Below, in pieces: positions 19,562 to 27,974 of a DNA stretch of 64,000 nt (position 1 is the first letter of the stretch; every line of letters starts with the position of its first letter). Source of the stretch: Sphaerochaetaceae bacterium (GTDB lineage: Bacteria; Spirochaetota; Spirochaetia; Sphaerochaetales; Sphaerochaetaceae); contig CAVISO010000001.1 in assembly GCA_963645435.1 (NCBI GenBank), positions 3,987-67,986 on the forward strand, read 5' to 3'. A model generated the notes under the pieces. It did not search any database. It saw only the letters and a list, made by a program, of their open reading frames with translations, and was not told where the DNA came from. A program made the position numbers and the translations under genes.

Positions 19562-20059
19562 ATGGAATATTTAAAAACGGTAGATTACATAATCATTGTT
19601 CTTCTTGCTATTGGTGGCATTTGGGGCGCAATTAAGGGCTTAATTGAAGAAGTCTCTTCTAAATTTGGCTATGTGCTGGGCTTTGTCGTTGCTTTTATGT
19701 TTACCTCCAGTATAGCAAAGCTCTTTGTAGAGCAGTTTGGTTTTCCCTATTGGTTTGCTGCTTTTTTGGGTTATTTCATGATTTTTATGATTGGCTATTC
19801 GTCTATGAGAGGACTGGGCACCATCATTAACAATATTTGCGAAGAAACTAAGCTAGATGTAGTAGACCATCTTTTGGGCTTCTTCCTGGGCGGAATTGAA
19901 GCGCTTTTGCTCCTTGGTCTGGCTGAATATTTGCTTAACTATCAGAATCTTTTTAATCTTAAAGAGGTCTTTGAAGAAAGTTTTCTTTCAAGCCGCCTGA
20001 TTATGCCTTTTTCTACTTGGTTTGTAGAGCTGTTTAACTCAGTAGGAGGCCTTGTTTAA
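19562..20059 (+). CDS. cvpA: CvpA family membrane protein
   Basis: Has four hydrophobic segments and the N-terminal pattern DYIIIVLLAIGGIWGAIKGLIEE typical of CvpA. A GAGGGAG RBS precedes the ATG at 19562. Confidence 0.7.
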   Translation: MEYLKTVDYIIIVLLAIGGIWGAIKGLIEEVSSKFGYVLGFVVAFMFTSSIAKLFVEQFGFPYWFAAFLGYFMIFMIGYSSMRGLGTIINNICEETKLDVVDHLLGFFLGGIEALLLLGLAEYLLNYQNLFNLKEVFEESFLSSRLIMPFSTWFVELFNSVGGLV

Positions 20060-21156
20060 TGTTTGAAGGCCTTGCTAAGACTCAGCCTGAAATTGCTCAA
20101 CAACTGTCTGATTTGGTAGTAAACAACAACTTTCCTAATGCTTCTTTGTTCTTTGGACCATTGTTGTGTGGAAGAATGTACGCTGCAAGTGAAGTGGGCA
20201 AGGCCCTTGGTGTGTCTAGGGAAAACACCATTATTGTTTCTGACAGAAACCATTTTTACAGAATTCAGACGGCTTTGGGGTTGTTAAAAAAGGCTAAGAA
20301 CAAGGCTGCAAAGAATTTTCTGAAGGACAATGTTGGTATCTTGCTTCAGCAGTATCATGGGGCCTTGATTGAAGATCAATCTGCTGCAGGAAAGAAGAAG
20401 TTTGAAGAGGCTGCAACGGTAAGTGAACTTTTGGATCAACTTAGTTCTGCTTCAGAGACTCAGGTAGATGCAATAGCAGATAAGCTTGCAAAGTCCTTGA
20501 GTTCTCTGGTAGATGCAAATAAAACAACTGCTATTTCCGTAGGGCAGGTCAGGGCTATTAGGGACTGGTGTGCTACTTCTGATATGGAAGGGCAACGGAA
20601 GTTGGTTATTATTGAAGGCTTAGAAAATGCGCTTGGTTCTGCAGTAAATGCTCTGCTTAAGACGCTGGAAGAGCCTCCTAGAGATACGTTTTTTATAATA
20701 ATATCGGCTAATCCTGGAAGACTATTGGCTACCATCCTCAGTAGAGTTCGCAAGTTCAAGTTTAATGAGCTTACAAAAGAGCAGACCAAGTATATTTTCA
20801 ACTCTCTTTTTGTTGACCCTAACAGGTATGCAAATCTCAATCAGTTTTTCCTGGAGGGGGCAAGCATTGATAGCCAGGCTCTGAAAAAGGCTGCAAGGGC
20901 TTTGGTGATAGACAAGAATTTGGATATTCCTGCTTTGGTGAAGTTGCTGGAGGAGAATAAGGCGTGGGATTTATTCTATTCCTACGTTTTGGAATTGCTC
21001 TACAGTGGAAGAAAGGACGGTTCTCTTAATGCTCGTAAGGCAGAGTATTTAATTGAAGAATTGACTTCAATGTTAAACAAGGCAAAAACTTATAATCAGC
21101 TTAAACGGCTTACGTTTGACTATGTGGTTTATAGGGTCAAGGAGGTGCTGGGATGA
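20059..21156 (+). CDS. holB: DNA polymerase III delta-prime subunit
   Basis: Has a degenerate P-loop region, the LLKTLEEPP motif and the sensor SRVRKF. It overlaps the cvpA stop (TAATG). Confidence 0.75.
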   Translation: MFEGLAKTQPEIAQQLSDLVVNNNFPNASLFFGPLLCGRMYAASEVGKALGVSRENTIIVSDRNHFYRIQTALGLLKKAKNKAAKNFLKDNVGILLQQYHGALIEDQSAAGKKKFEEAATVSELLDQLSSASETQVDAIADKLAKSLSSLVDANKTTAISVGQVRAIRDWCATSDMEGQRKLVIIEGLENALGSAVNALLKTLEEPPRDTFFIIISANPGRLLATILSRVRKFKFNELTKEQTKYIFNSLFVDPNRYANLNQFFLEGASIDSQALKKAARALVIDKNLDIPALVKLLEENKAWDLFYSYVLELLYSGRKDGSLNARKAEYLIEELTSMLNKAKTYNQLKRLTFDYVVYRVKEVLG

Positions 21157-22334
21157 ATACTTTTGTTTCAAAGGCGTCTTCAAAAATTTCAAAACTTTCT
21201 GATGAGCAGATTCTGGGAATCATTAATACTCAAACCTCTGAATTAAAACTGAGAAACTTGGCGCTGGATAATGCTTTTATTGGCTATGTGCTTGTGGACA
21301 AAGAGGGTAATATTGCGTACTTAAACAAGCAGACTACTTTGCTGGTCCCAGTTTCCAAAAGAAAAAAATACACCAATTGTTCAATTGAAAAAGTCTTTAT
21401 GGATAAAAAAGTTGCATTGTTTTTACGCAGTTGTATCCAACTGAGTGAAAAGAAGTCTAATATTTCTCAACTCTTTGAGTTTGAGGACACCAATGGAGAG
21501 CGAAAATATATTAACTGCAGGTCTGCTAGAGTGGAAGACTATGAAGGCTTACTTTTTACCTTCAGTGATGTGACTTTTTTCAATAAATTTAAGGATGAAT
21601 TCAGAAAGAATGAAAGCCTGGCTTCCATGACTACTATGGCAGCGGGGGTGGCTCATGAGATTAAAAATCCTTTGGCATCGGTTTCTATTTATGTGCAGCT
21701 GTTGCAAAAGGAACTTGAGCGGAAGGGTAGTATTTCTGCAGAGACTGCTAATAAATTTATTCCCATAATAAAAGAAGGGCTGGATAGGATAAATTCTATT
21801 GCTGTAGATTTTCTTTTTGCCGTTAAGCCTATGAAGGTGAATTTTGAAAAATTCAGTTTTAACGAGATTGTAGATAAGGTGACCCGTATTGCCCAGGCTG
21901 AGATGAATGAGAATAACATTGCTTTAGTGCTGAATTTGTCCACTTCTATGCCAAAGGTTCTTATGGATGTGGGACTTATGCAGCAGGCACTTTTGAACCT
22001 GGTGAAAAATGGCATTCAGGCTATGGAAAATACCGGAAGAGAGAAGAAAATTACCATTTCCACCTATCTTGAAGGAGCAAATGCTATTTTAAGTGTAAGA
22101 GACACCGGATGTGGCATGACGGACAAGCAAATGGAGAAAATCTTTGAGCCTTACTTTACCACAAAGTCTAATGGGACTGGCTTGGGGCTTACGGTACTGT
22201 TTAAGATAGTCAAAGAGCACGGGGGAGATATTCATGTGAACTCTATCCAGGAGGAGGGCTCTGAATTTACCATCTCGCTTCCTGTACCACAAGAGGAACT
22301 TTTCAGAATTCAATATAATCCGGAGGGCAAATGA
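21153..22334 (+). CDS. Soluble sensor histidine kinase (PAS-like N-terminus, HisKA + HATPase_c)
   Basis: Has H-box AAGVAHEIKNPL, N-box NLVKNGIQAM, G1 DTGCGM and G2 GTGLGL. No TM segments are present. It overlaps both neighbours by ATGA. Confidence 0.85.
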   Translation: MNTFVSKASSKISKLSDEQILGIINTQTSELKLRNLALDNAFIGYVLVDKEGNIAYLNKQTTLLVPVSKRKKYTNCSIEKVFMDKKVALFLRSCIQLSEKKSNISQLFEFEDTNGERKYINCRSARVEDYEGLLFTFSDVTFFNKFKDEFRKNESLASMTTMAAGVAHEIKNPLASVSIYVQLLQKELERKGSISAETANKFIPIIKEGLDRINSIAVDFLFAVKPMKVNFEKFSFNEIVDKVTRIAQAEMNENNIALVLNLSTSMPKVLMDVGLMQQALLNLVKNGIQAMENTGREKKITISTYLEGANAILSVRDTGCGMTDKQMEKIFEPYFTTKSNGTGLGLTVLFKIVKEHGGDIHVNSIQEEGSEFTISLPVPQEELFRIQYNPEGK

Positions 22335-23689
22335 GCAGAACTATTCTAGTTGTGGATGATGAAAAATACATTAGAGAAGGTCTCTGTGCTGCCCTTGCAA
22401 TGGATGGTTATGAGGGACTTGAAGCAGAGGATGGACAGCAGGCCTGGGCTACCATCAACGCAAGTCCTGTGGACCTAGTGATAACAGACCTGAGAATGCC
22501 AAAGATGTCCGGAATGGACCTTCTTAAGAAGATTTATACCACTTATCCTACAATTCCGGTCATTGTTTTAACCGGTCATGGTACCATTGAGGAAGCCGTA
22601 GATGCCATGCAAAACGGGGCGGTGGACTTTCTTACTAAACCAGTTAACCTGGATCATCTTTCTGTTTTAATAAAGAAATGTCTGTCTAATAAGGACCTTG
22701 CAGATAAAAACCTTGAACTTAAACAGGAACTGGATGCTCTAAAACTACGTAGCGGTTTTACCAAGATTATTGGAAAGAGTCAGAAGGTGGTAAAACTACT
22801 GGATACCATTCAGCGGGTTGCTGGCTCAAGGGCAAGTGTTTTAATTACCGGAGAAAGTGGTGTAGGTAAGGAACTTGTTGCTCAGACTATAGTTAACTAT
22901 TCTGACCGCAGTGATAAACCTTATGTTAAGGTGCACTGCGCTGCTCTAAATGCCAACCTTTTGGAAAGTGAACTCTTTGGTCACGTGAAGGGAGCCTTTA
23001 CCGGAGCCGTCTCTGACCGAAAGGGCAGATTTGAGATGGCTGACGGAGGTACCATTTTCTTAGATGAAATTGGTGAAATTGATGCCAATACCCAAATTAA
23101 ACTTTTGCGGGTGCTACAGGAACATGAGTTTGAGAAGGTTGGCGGAGAGAAAACCATTAAGACAGATGTCAGGGTCATTGCGGCAACCAATAAGAATCTT
23201 GAAGAGGAGATTAAGGCGGGACGTTTCAGAGAGGATTTGTTCTACAGACTCAACGTAGTTAGACTAGAAGTGCCACCCTTGAGAGAACGCAAGGAAGATA
23301 TCTATCTGCTTATCACAGAATTTCTTAATCAGGTTAATCTGGAAAACGGTAAGCAGGTGGAAGGTTTTTCCAACGAGGCTAGAAACAAGATTGTCAATTA
23401 CGATTGGCCAGGCAATATAAGAGAATTAAGAAACTGCGTTGAAAGTGCTGTGGTCATGTGTAGGGGTAAGGTGATTGAAGTAAGTGATTTGCCTCTTAAT
23501 GTTCAGCAGGCTAGTAGCGACAGTACGGTAGAAATTCCAATTGGTTCTACAATGGAAGAGGCTGAAAAAGCTATGATTATGGCTACCTTGGCTCATTGCA
23601 AGGGCAACAAGTCCAAGACGGCAGATGTGCTTGGTATTGGCAGAAAAACGCTCTTTAGGAAGCTTGAGGATTACGAGGCTTCTAAGTGA
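22331..23689 (+). CDS. Sigma-54-dependent response regulator (NtrC family)
   Basis: Has a receiver domain (DLVITDLRMPKMSG), an AAA+ domain (GESGVGKE, GAFTGA, ESELFGH), and a C-terminal Fis-type HTH (NKSKTADVLGIGRKTLFRKL). Confidence 0.9.
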   Translation: MSRTILVVDDEKYIREGLCAALAMDGYEGLEAEDGQQAWATINASPVDLVITDLRMPKMSGMDLLKKIYTTYPTIPVIVLTGHGTIEEAVDAMQNGAVDFLTKPVNLDHLSVLIKKCLSNKDLADKNLELKQELDALKLRSGFTKIIGKSQKVVKLLDTIQRVAGSRASVLITGESGVGKELVAQTIVNYSDRSDKPYVKVHCAALNANLLESELFGHVKGAFTGAVSDRKGRFEMADGGTIFLDEIGEIDANTQIKLLRVLQEHEFEKVGGEKTIKTDVRVIAATNKNLEEEIKAGRFREDLFYRLNVVRLEVPPLRERKEDIYLLITEFLNQVNLENGKQVEGFSNEARNKIVNYDWPGNIRELRNCVESAVVMCRGKVIEVSDLPLNVQQASSDSTVEIPIGSTMEEAEKAMIMATLAHCKGNKSKTADVLGIGRKTLFRKLEDYEASK

Positions 23690-25851
23690 ACCAGCAGCAG
23701 ATCTATGAAATCTTTGACCAGGACGGGCTTCTCTGTAATAATTTGGATTCTTATGAATTCAGAGAAGGTCAGCTCAAAATGGCCTTGGATGTACTGCAAT
23801 GTTATGAAGAAAACTGTATTGGCGCTATTGAAGCAGGTACTGGTATTGGAAAAAGTTATGCTTATTTAGTCCCTGCTATTTTGCATACTTTGAAGACAAA
23901 GGGACTAAAACTGAAAGAAGCCCAGGAGGAGGCTTCTGAATCCAAAGGTAAAGCCTCAGCCCAAGAACGTACCGTAATTGCAACTTCTACTGTCAATCTG
24001 CAGCGTCAGCTTATGGACAAGGATATTCCTACGTTGCTACAAATTCTTGATGTGGATTGCTCTGTGGCTTTTGCAGTTGGAAGGAATCACTATATTTGTC
24101 TCAGACGCCTTGCAGCAGAAGTAGAAAGTAATGCCTTATTTCAGGATGATTTATCCTCTGAAATCATGTTATTAAACCGCTACGCCAACAACTCGGAAAC
24201 GGGTCTTAAAGAAGATTTTCCAGGTCATGTGGATGGCGCTGTTTGGGCTTCTATTTGCTCCGACTCTGACATGTGCATTTCTGGCAAGTGCCCTTTTTAC
24301 AACAAGTGTTTTTATTTTAAGGCAAAGAGAAAGTTACTGGATTCTTCCATAATTGTCTGTAATCACCATCTGCTTTTTGTTGACAGTCATGCCAGATATA
24401 TGGATGAGATTGATTACAAGGAGGATGCGGTTCTTCCTGGTTTTGAGCATCTTGTTATTGATGAGGCACACAATATTGAAAGAACTGCTACAGATTTGTT
24501 TACTAACTCCTTTTCTAGCTATGACTTAATGCGTCAGCTAAACTACATTCAAGATCGTAAATCTACCCGCAACGCCGGCTATGGACATCTATTAGATGAC
24601 CTTTTGCCGTTTTGCCTGCAGCGCAGTTTGTATGAGGATATTCTTAATCTCTATGACCTGGTCAAGGAGCGCTGCGAGACCTTAAATCTCATCTTCTCAG
24701 ATATCTTGAACTCACGCAAAGAGGTGCATTTACTTTTAGACTGCTCCAACGCCCAAGAGGTCTTCAAAGCCGCTGGAGATATTGCTGATCAGGTGGTGAA
24801 AGCGGGCAGGAACCTTACCTCAAAGCTTGCCGATTTCTACACCAGCATCTCTTCTACCGATGAAGCCGTCCTCACCAAGACCGATGACCTAAAAGTGCAT
24901 ATTTCACGAATTATAGACCTCATTTCCTTCTTTCAGGACTTCATTCAGTGTAAAGACTGGAATGACGGAATCCATTATTTGGAATTACAAAAGGTGGGCA
25001 AGGGCAAATATGTGTTCTTTAATAAGGCTCCGCTTGAGGTTTCTTCAATTCTGGCTGAGGCGTTATTTAAGCCAATTTCCTCTGTAGTTTGTACCAGCGC
25101 AACGCTTAATTTGAACGATGATTTTACCTATTGGTGCTCTGACATAGGGCTACCCGTTGACGGAAAGCCATTTGTGCGCAAGGTGTATACGTCCCCGTTT
25201 GATTATAAAAACAGGCTTATGCTTCTGACCCCGTATGACACGCCTATTTTCTCTCCTAGTAAAGAAGAAGAGTACGTGAAGTTTCTCATTGATAATATCT
25301 ACAAGGCAATTGCCAGCTCTGGTGGAGGCGCTTTGGTACTTTTTACCAGCTTCAGACAGCTGGAAGCGGTCTACAACAGCGTTGCACCTATGCTTATGAA
25401 ACTTGGGATAACTACCTTCAAGCAGGGGGATTTTGAACGCCATCAGCTTTTGGATAAATTTAAGACCGATACTGATAGTGTGCTTTTTGCCACCGATAGT
25501 TTTTGGGAAGGCGTGGATGCGCCAGGGGATACCCTGCGTCTGGTTATCATTACCAAGTTGCCCTTCATCATGCCAGATGATCCTATTTTTAAGGCTAGGT
25601 CTAGAGTCTTGGAAGAAAAGGGGACTAATGCCTTTTATACTATAAGTTTACCTCATGCCACAATGAAGCTTAAACAGGGCTTTGGACGCCTCATGCGGCA
25701 TACTTCTGACAGAGGTATTGTATTGATTCTGGATGCTCGTATAATTAAAAAGAATTACGGACCTTCTATGCTCCGCGCCTTACCGGAAAGCTATTATCCT
25801 GAGACCGATACCGCTTCTTTGGGCGTTAAAATAGAGAGTTTTTTGTACTAA
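23686..25851 (+). CDS. dinG: DinG/Rad3-family Fe-S ATP-dependent DNA helicase
   Basis: Has motif I EAGTGIGKSYAYLVPA, motif II DEAHN, the cysteine cluster CSDSDMCISGKCPFYNKC (Fe-S domain), and the C-terminal motifs FWEGVD and GFGRLMR. It starts with a GTG that overlaps the regulator stop. Confidence 0.8.
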   Translation: MNQQQIYEIFDQDGLLCNNLDSYEFREGQLKMALDVLQCYEENCIGAIEAGTGIGKSYAYLVPAILHTLKTKGLKLKEAQEEASESKGKASAQERTVIATSTVNLQRQLMDKDIPTLLQILDVDCSVAFAVGRNHYICLRRLAAEVESNALFQDDLSSEIMLLNRYANNSETGLKEDFPGHVDGAVWASICSDSDMCISGKCPFYNKCFYFKAKRKLLDSSIIVCNHHLLFVDSHARYMDEIDYKEDAVLPGFEHLVIDEAHNIERTATDLFTNSFSSYDLMRQLNYIQDRKSTRNAGYGHLLDDLLPFCLQRSLYEDILNLYDLVKERCETLNLIFSDILNSRKEVHLLLDCSNAQEVFKAAGDIADQVVKAGRNLTSKLADFYTSISSTDEAVLTKTDDLKVHISRIIDLISFFQDFIQCKDWNDGIHYLELQKVGKGKYVFFNKAPLEVSSILAEALFKPISSVVCTSATLNLNDDFTYWCSDIGLPVDGKPFVRKVYTSPFDYKNRLMLLTPYDTPIFSPSKEEEYVKFLIDNIYKAIASSGGGALVLFTSFRQLEAVYNSVAPMLMKLGITTFKQGDFERHQLLDKFKTDTDSVLFATDSFWEGVDAPGDTLRLVIITKLPFIMPDDPIFKARSRVLEEKGTNAFYTISLPHATMKLKQGFGRLMRHTSDRGIVLILDARIIKKNYGPSMLRALPESYYPETDTASLGVKIESFLY

Positions 25852-25873
25852 ATCTTGTGTTAAGGAGAGTGCC

Positions 25874-26635
25874 ATGCTGTTACTTAAGGTAAATGAGGGT
25901 AAATTTGAAGATAGTTTAATTAAATTACTAAAAGAAAGAGGCTCTCTTTCCACAATTGATATTTACAACAATTTTTCTGACATGAATGAGAAGACGGTTG
26001 CATGGCACCTTCATGAATGCGTCAAGCAGGGTATTGTAAAGCGTATTGGTCCTGGTGGTGGACGAGGGGTTTATGTTCTGTCTAACTCTATTTTGGATGC
26101 AGGGCGGGAACTTAAAAAACTTAATGCACAAAAAAGGGCTATTTACGAATTCTTAGTTGAAGCAGGCTATCATTTTTATGTCTCTGGTCTTGATTGCTTC
26201 AACGATTGTTTGGAAGGGGACTCTGACTTTCCCCTGATTATTTGTACGGACAAAAATCATGTTTCAGATCTTCGTACCGATATGATGAGAAATTTTGATT
26301 GTTATGCTTTAGCGGAAGAGGATTTAATAGAGAAAAAGGACATAGAGGATCAGATGAGTAAATATGGCTGTTATGTCCTTTCTTCCAAAGATTTTACTCT
26401 TCAGCAAAATAACTTTGCCTTTAAGGAAAAAGCCTTTGTGGATTTGTACTATGCGGTCACAAGACAGCATTTTCCCTTCCCAATTGAGGCTTTGCCCAAG
26501 GTCCTAAGTTTATTTAAGCCAAACGAAAAGCGTTTCCATTTTGCTACCAAAGACAGGCAGTTGGCGCATGAGCTGGATTTTTTGCTTAACTACAACATTG
26601 AGTTTCTTCGTGCTTTTGTTAACTACTTAAACTAG
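25874..26635 (+). CDS. Winged-HTH protein, AbiEi-antitoxin-like N-terminus; function unknown
   Basis: The N-terminus LIKLLKERGSLSTIDIYNNFSDMNEKTVAWHLHECVKQGIVKRIGPGGGRGVYVL resembles the AbiEi wHTH that ends in RGVY. An AAGGAGA RBS lies upstream. The gene is visibly more AT-rich than its neighbours. Confidence 0.4.
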   Translation: MLLLKVNEGKFEDSLIKLLKERGSLSTIDIYNNFSDMNEKTVAWHLHECVKQGIVKRIGPGGGRGVYVLSNSILDAGRELKKLNAQKRAIYEFLVEAGYHFYVSGLDCFNDCLEGDSDFPLIICTDKNHVSDLRTDMMRNFDCYALAEEDLIEKKDIEDQMSKYGCYVLSSKDFTLQQNNFAFKEKAFVDLYYAVTRQHFPFPIEALPKVLSLFKPNEKRFHFATKDRQLAHELDFLLNYNIEFLRAFVNYLN

Positions 26636-26689
26636 TAAGTAAAAATTCCTCTTCCATTGGACTTTTTTGTGTGATAACATGAAGTCAGT

Positions 26690-26866
26690 TGCGGAGCAGG
26701 GGCGAAATTCTCTTGCTCAAACTTAACAAACGGATTCCGGCATAGAAACGGTGCATTGCTCCCGCCTTTAGGTTTTAGGGAACAGAATCTGTGGCTTAAC
26801 TGGGAGTCCCCCTTGAACCATTGGTTCAAGAGATATCTGTCCCGCTCTGTAACGTTTTTTATCATT
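26690..26866 (+). promoter_or_regulatory. Structured 5' leader (candidate riboswitch/attenuator aptamer region) of the mtnA-like gene
   Basis: Contains several helices: GCGGAGCA (26690-97) with TGCTCCCGC (26756-64); ACAG-AAT-CTGT (26781-91); and a 19-nt perfect palindrome at 26811-29. It also has a CCCGC copy (26840-44) identical to the terminator 5' arm. No credible ORF is present. Confidence 0.45.
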
Positions 26867-26892
26867 ACCCGCAGTCTTGCGGGTCTTTTTTT
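26867..26892 (+). terminator. Intrinsic terminator inside the leader, 8 nt upstream of the RBS of the mtnA-like gene
   Basis: ACCCGCA (26867-73), loop GTCT, TGCGGGT (26878-84), then C plus seven T residues. AGGAGG follows at 26901-06 and the ATG at 26913. Confidence 0.8.
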
Positions 26893-26912
26893 AGGACAGT
26901 AGGAGGTCTAGC

Positions 26913-27974
26913 ATGGACAGACAGGATAAAAATTTAGCCTTCATGCTTCAGTATGAAAACATAGCCTGGTATGAGGACGGCGAGGTCAGAATTCTTGATA
27001 GAAGAATTTATCCTGCTAAGGTAGAATTTGTCACCTGTAAAACACATCTTGAGGTAACAAAAGCAATTACTGACATGGTAACCCAGTCCGCAGGACCCTT
27101 CACCGCCGCCCCAATGGGCATGGCACTAGCAGCATGGGAATGCAGAAACCTTGGTGCAAAAGAACAAATGGAATACCTGAAAAAGGCTTCCTATACTATT
27201 TCTCACGCACGTCCTACCACGGTAAACCGGATGAAAATTGTCACAGAAGCCTGTCTACCTGCCGCTCAAAAAGCCCTTGAAGAAGGAAAACCCGTAGACC
27301 TTGCAATACGCGACTATATAGTAGATGCCAACAACAGAAGATACGCCAAAGTAGGCAAATGTGCAGAATATCTTGTAGATATGTTCCCAGACAACGGCAC
27401 CATTATGACCCAGTGCTTTGCAGAAACCATCCTGGGTATGATGCTCCAGGAATGTAATAAAAGAGGCAAAAAAATAAGACTCTTCTGCCCGGAAACTAGA
27501 CCCTACTTCCAAGGGGCAAGATTAACTGCCACTGTCTGTCACGACATGGGCTTTGATGTAACCGTCATAACCGACAATATGCCCGCTTTTGTCATGGCAA
27601 AGGAAAAAGTTGACGTCTTCACCTGCGCAGCGGATGCCATTTGCCTGGACGGCTATGTCTTTAACAAGGTTGGCACCAGCCAAATAGCCATTTGCGCCCA
27701 CCATTTTGGCATCCCCACCTTCATCTCCGGGGCTCCAGACATAGGCCATCCCAACCACGAGAGCGTCACAATTGAAATGCGCGACCCCAACTTCTCCCTC
27801 CAGGCCATGGGCGTTCGCACCGCCGTTGAGGGCGTCAAGGGCTACTATCCTGCTTTTGACATGACGCCTCCCTACCTGATTTCCGGGATTGCCACAGACC
27901 GCGGCATGTTCTCCCCCTACGATTTACCCCGATATTTTGAGCTGGGCGATAACAATGACGGCTTAATAGTTTAG
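26913..27974 (+). CDS. eIF-2B alpha/beta/delta family isomerase (S-methyl-5-thioribose-1-phosphate isomerase-like)
   Basis: ARLTATVCHDMGFDVTVITDNMPAFVMAKEKVDVFTCAADAICLDGYVFNKVGTSQIAICAHHFGIPTFISGAP matches the MtnA/eIF2B core (GADRI..NG...NKIGT...A..A....IPF.V.AP). Confidence 0.7.
   Translation: MDRQDKNLAFMLQYENIAWYEDGEVRILDRRIYPAKVEFVTCKTHLEVTKAITDMVTQSAGPFTAAPMGMALAAWECRNLGAKEQMEYLKKASYTISHARPTTVNRMKIVTEACLPAAQKALEEGKPVDLAIRDYIVDANNRRYAKVGKCAEYLVDMFPDNGTIMTQCFAETILGMMLQECNKRGKKIRLFCPETRPYFQGARLTATVCHDMGFDVTVITDNMPAFVMAKEKVDVFTCAADAICLDGYVFNKVGTSQIAICAHHFGIPTFISGAPDIGHPNHESVTIEMRDPNFSLQAMGVRTAVEGVKGYYPAFDMTPPYLISGIATDRGMFSPYDLPRYFELGDNNDGLIV

Noticed and set aside
26776-26853. Cobalamin riboswitch, because of AGGGAA (26776-81) and TCCCGCTCTGTAA (26839-51).
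   Set aside because: Spacing between the two elements is about twice the consensus. There is no GGUG..AAUCC hairpin and no B12 box (GCCACUG) downstream. A partial SAM-I P3-like match (CCGGCA..AGAAA.GGTGC at 26736-53) also lacks the GGAGGGA/kink-turn core and the base-pairing.
26632-26865. A 77-aa minus-strand ORF covering the riboswitch-like leader.
   Set aside because: It has no RBS and an odd composition, and it runs through the hairpins and palindrome. The region is better explained as a plus-strand structured leader ending in a terminator.
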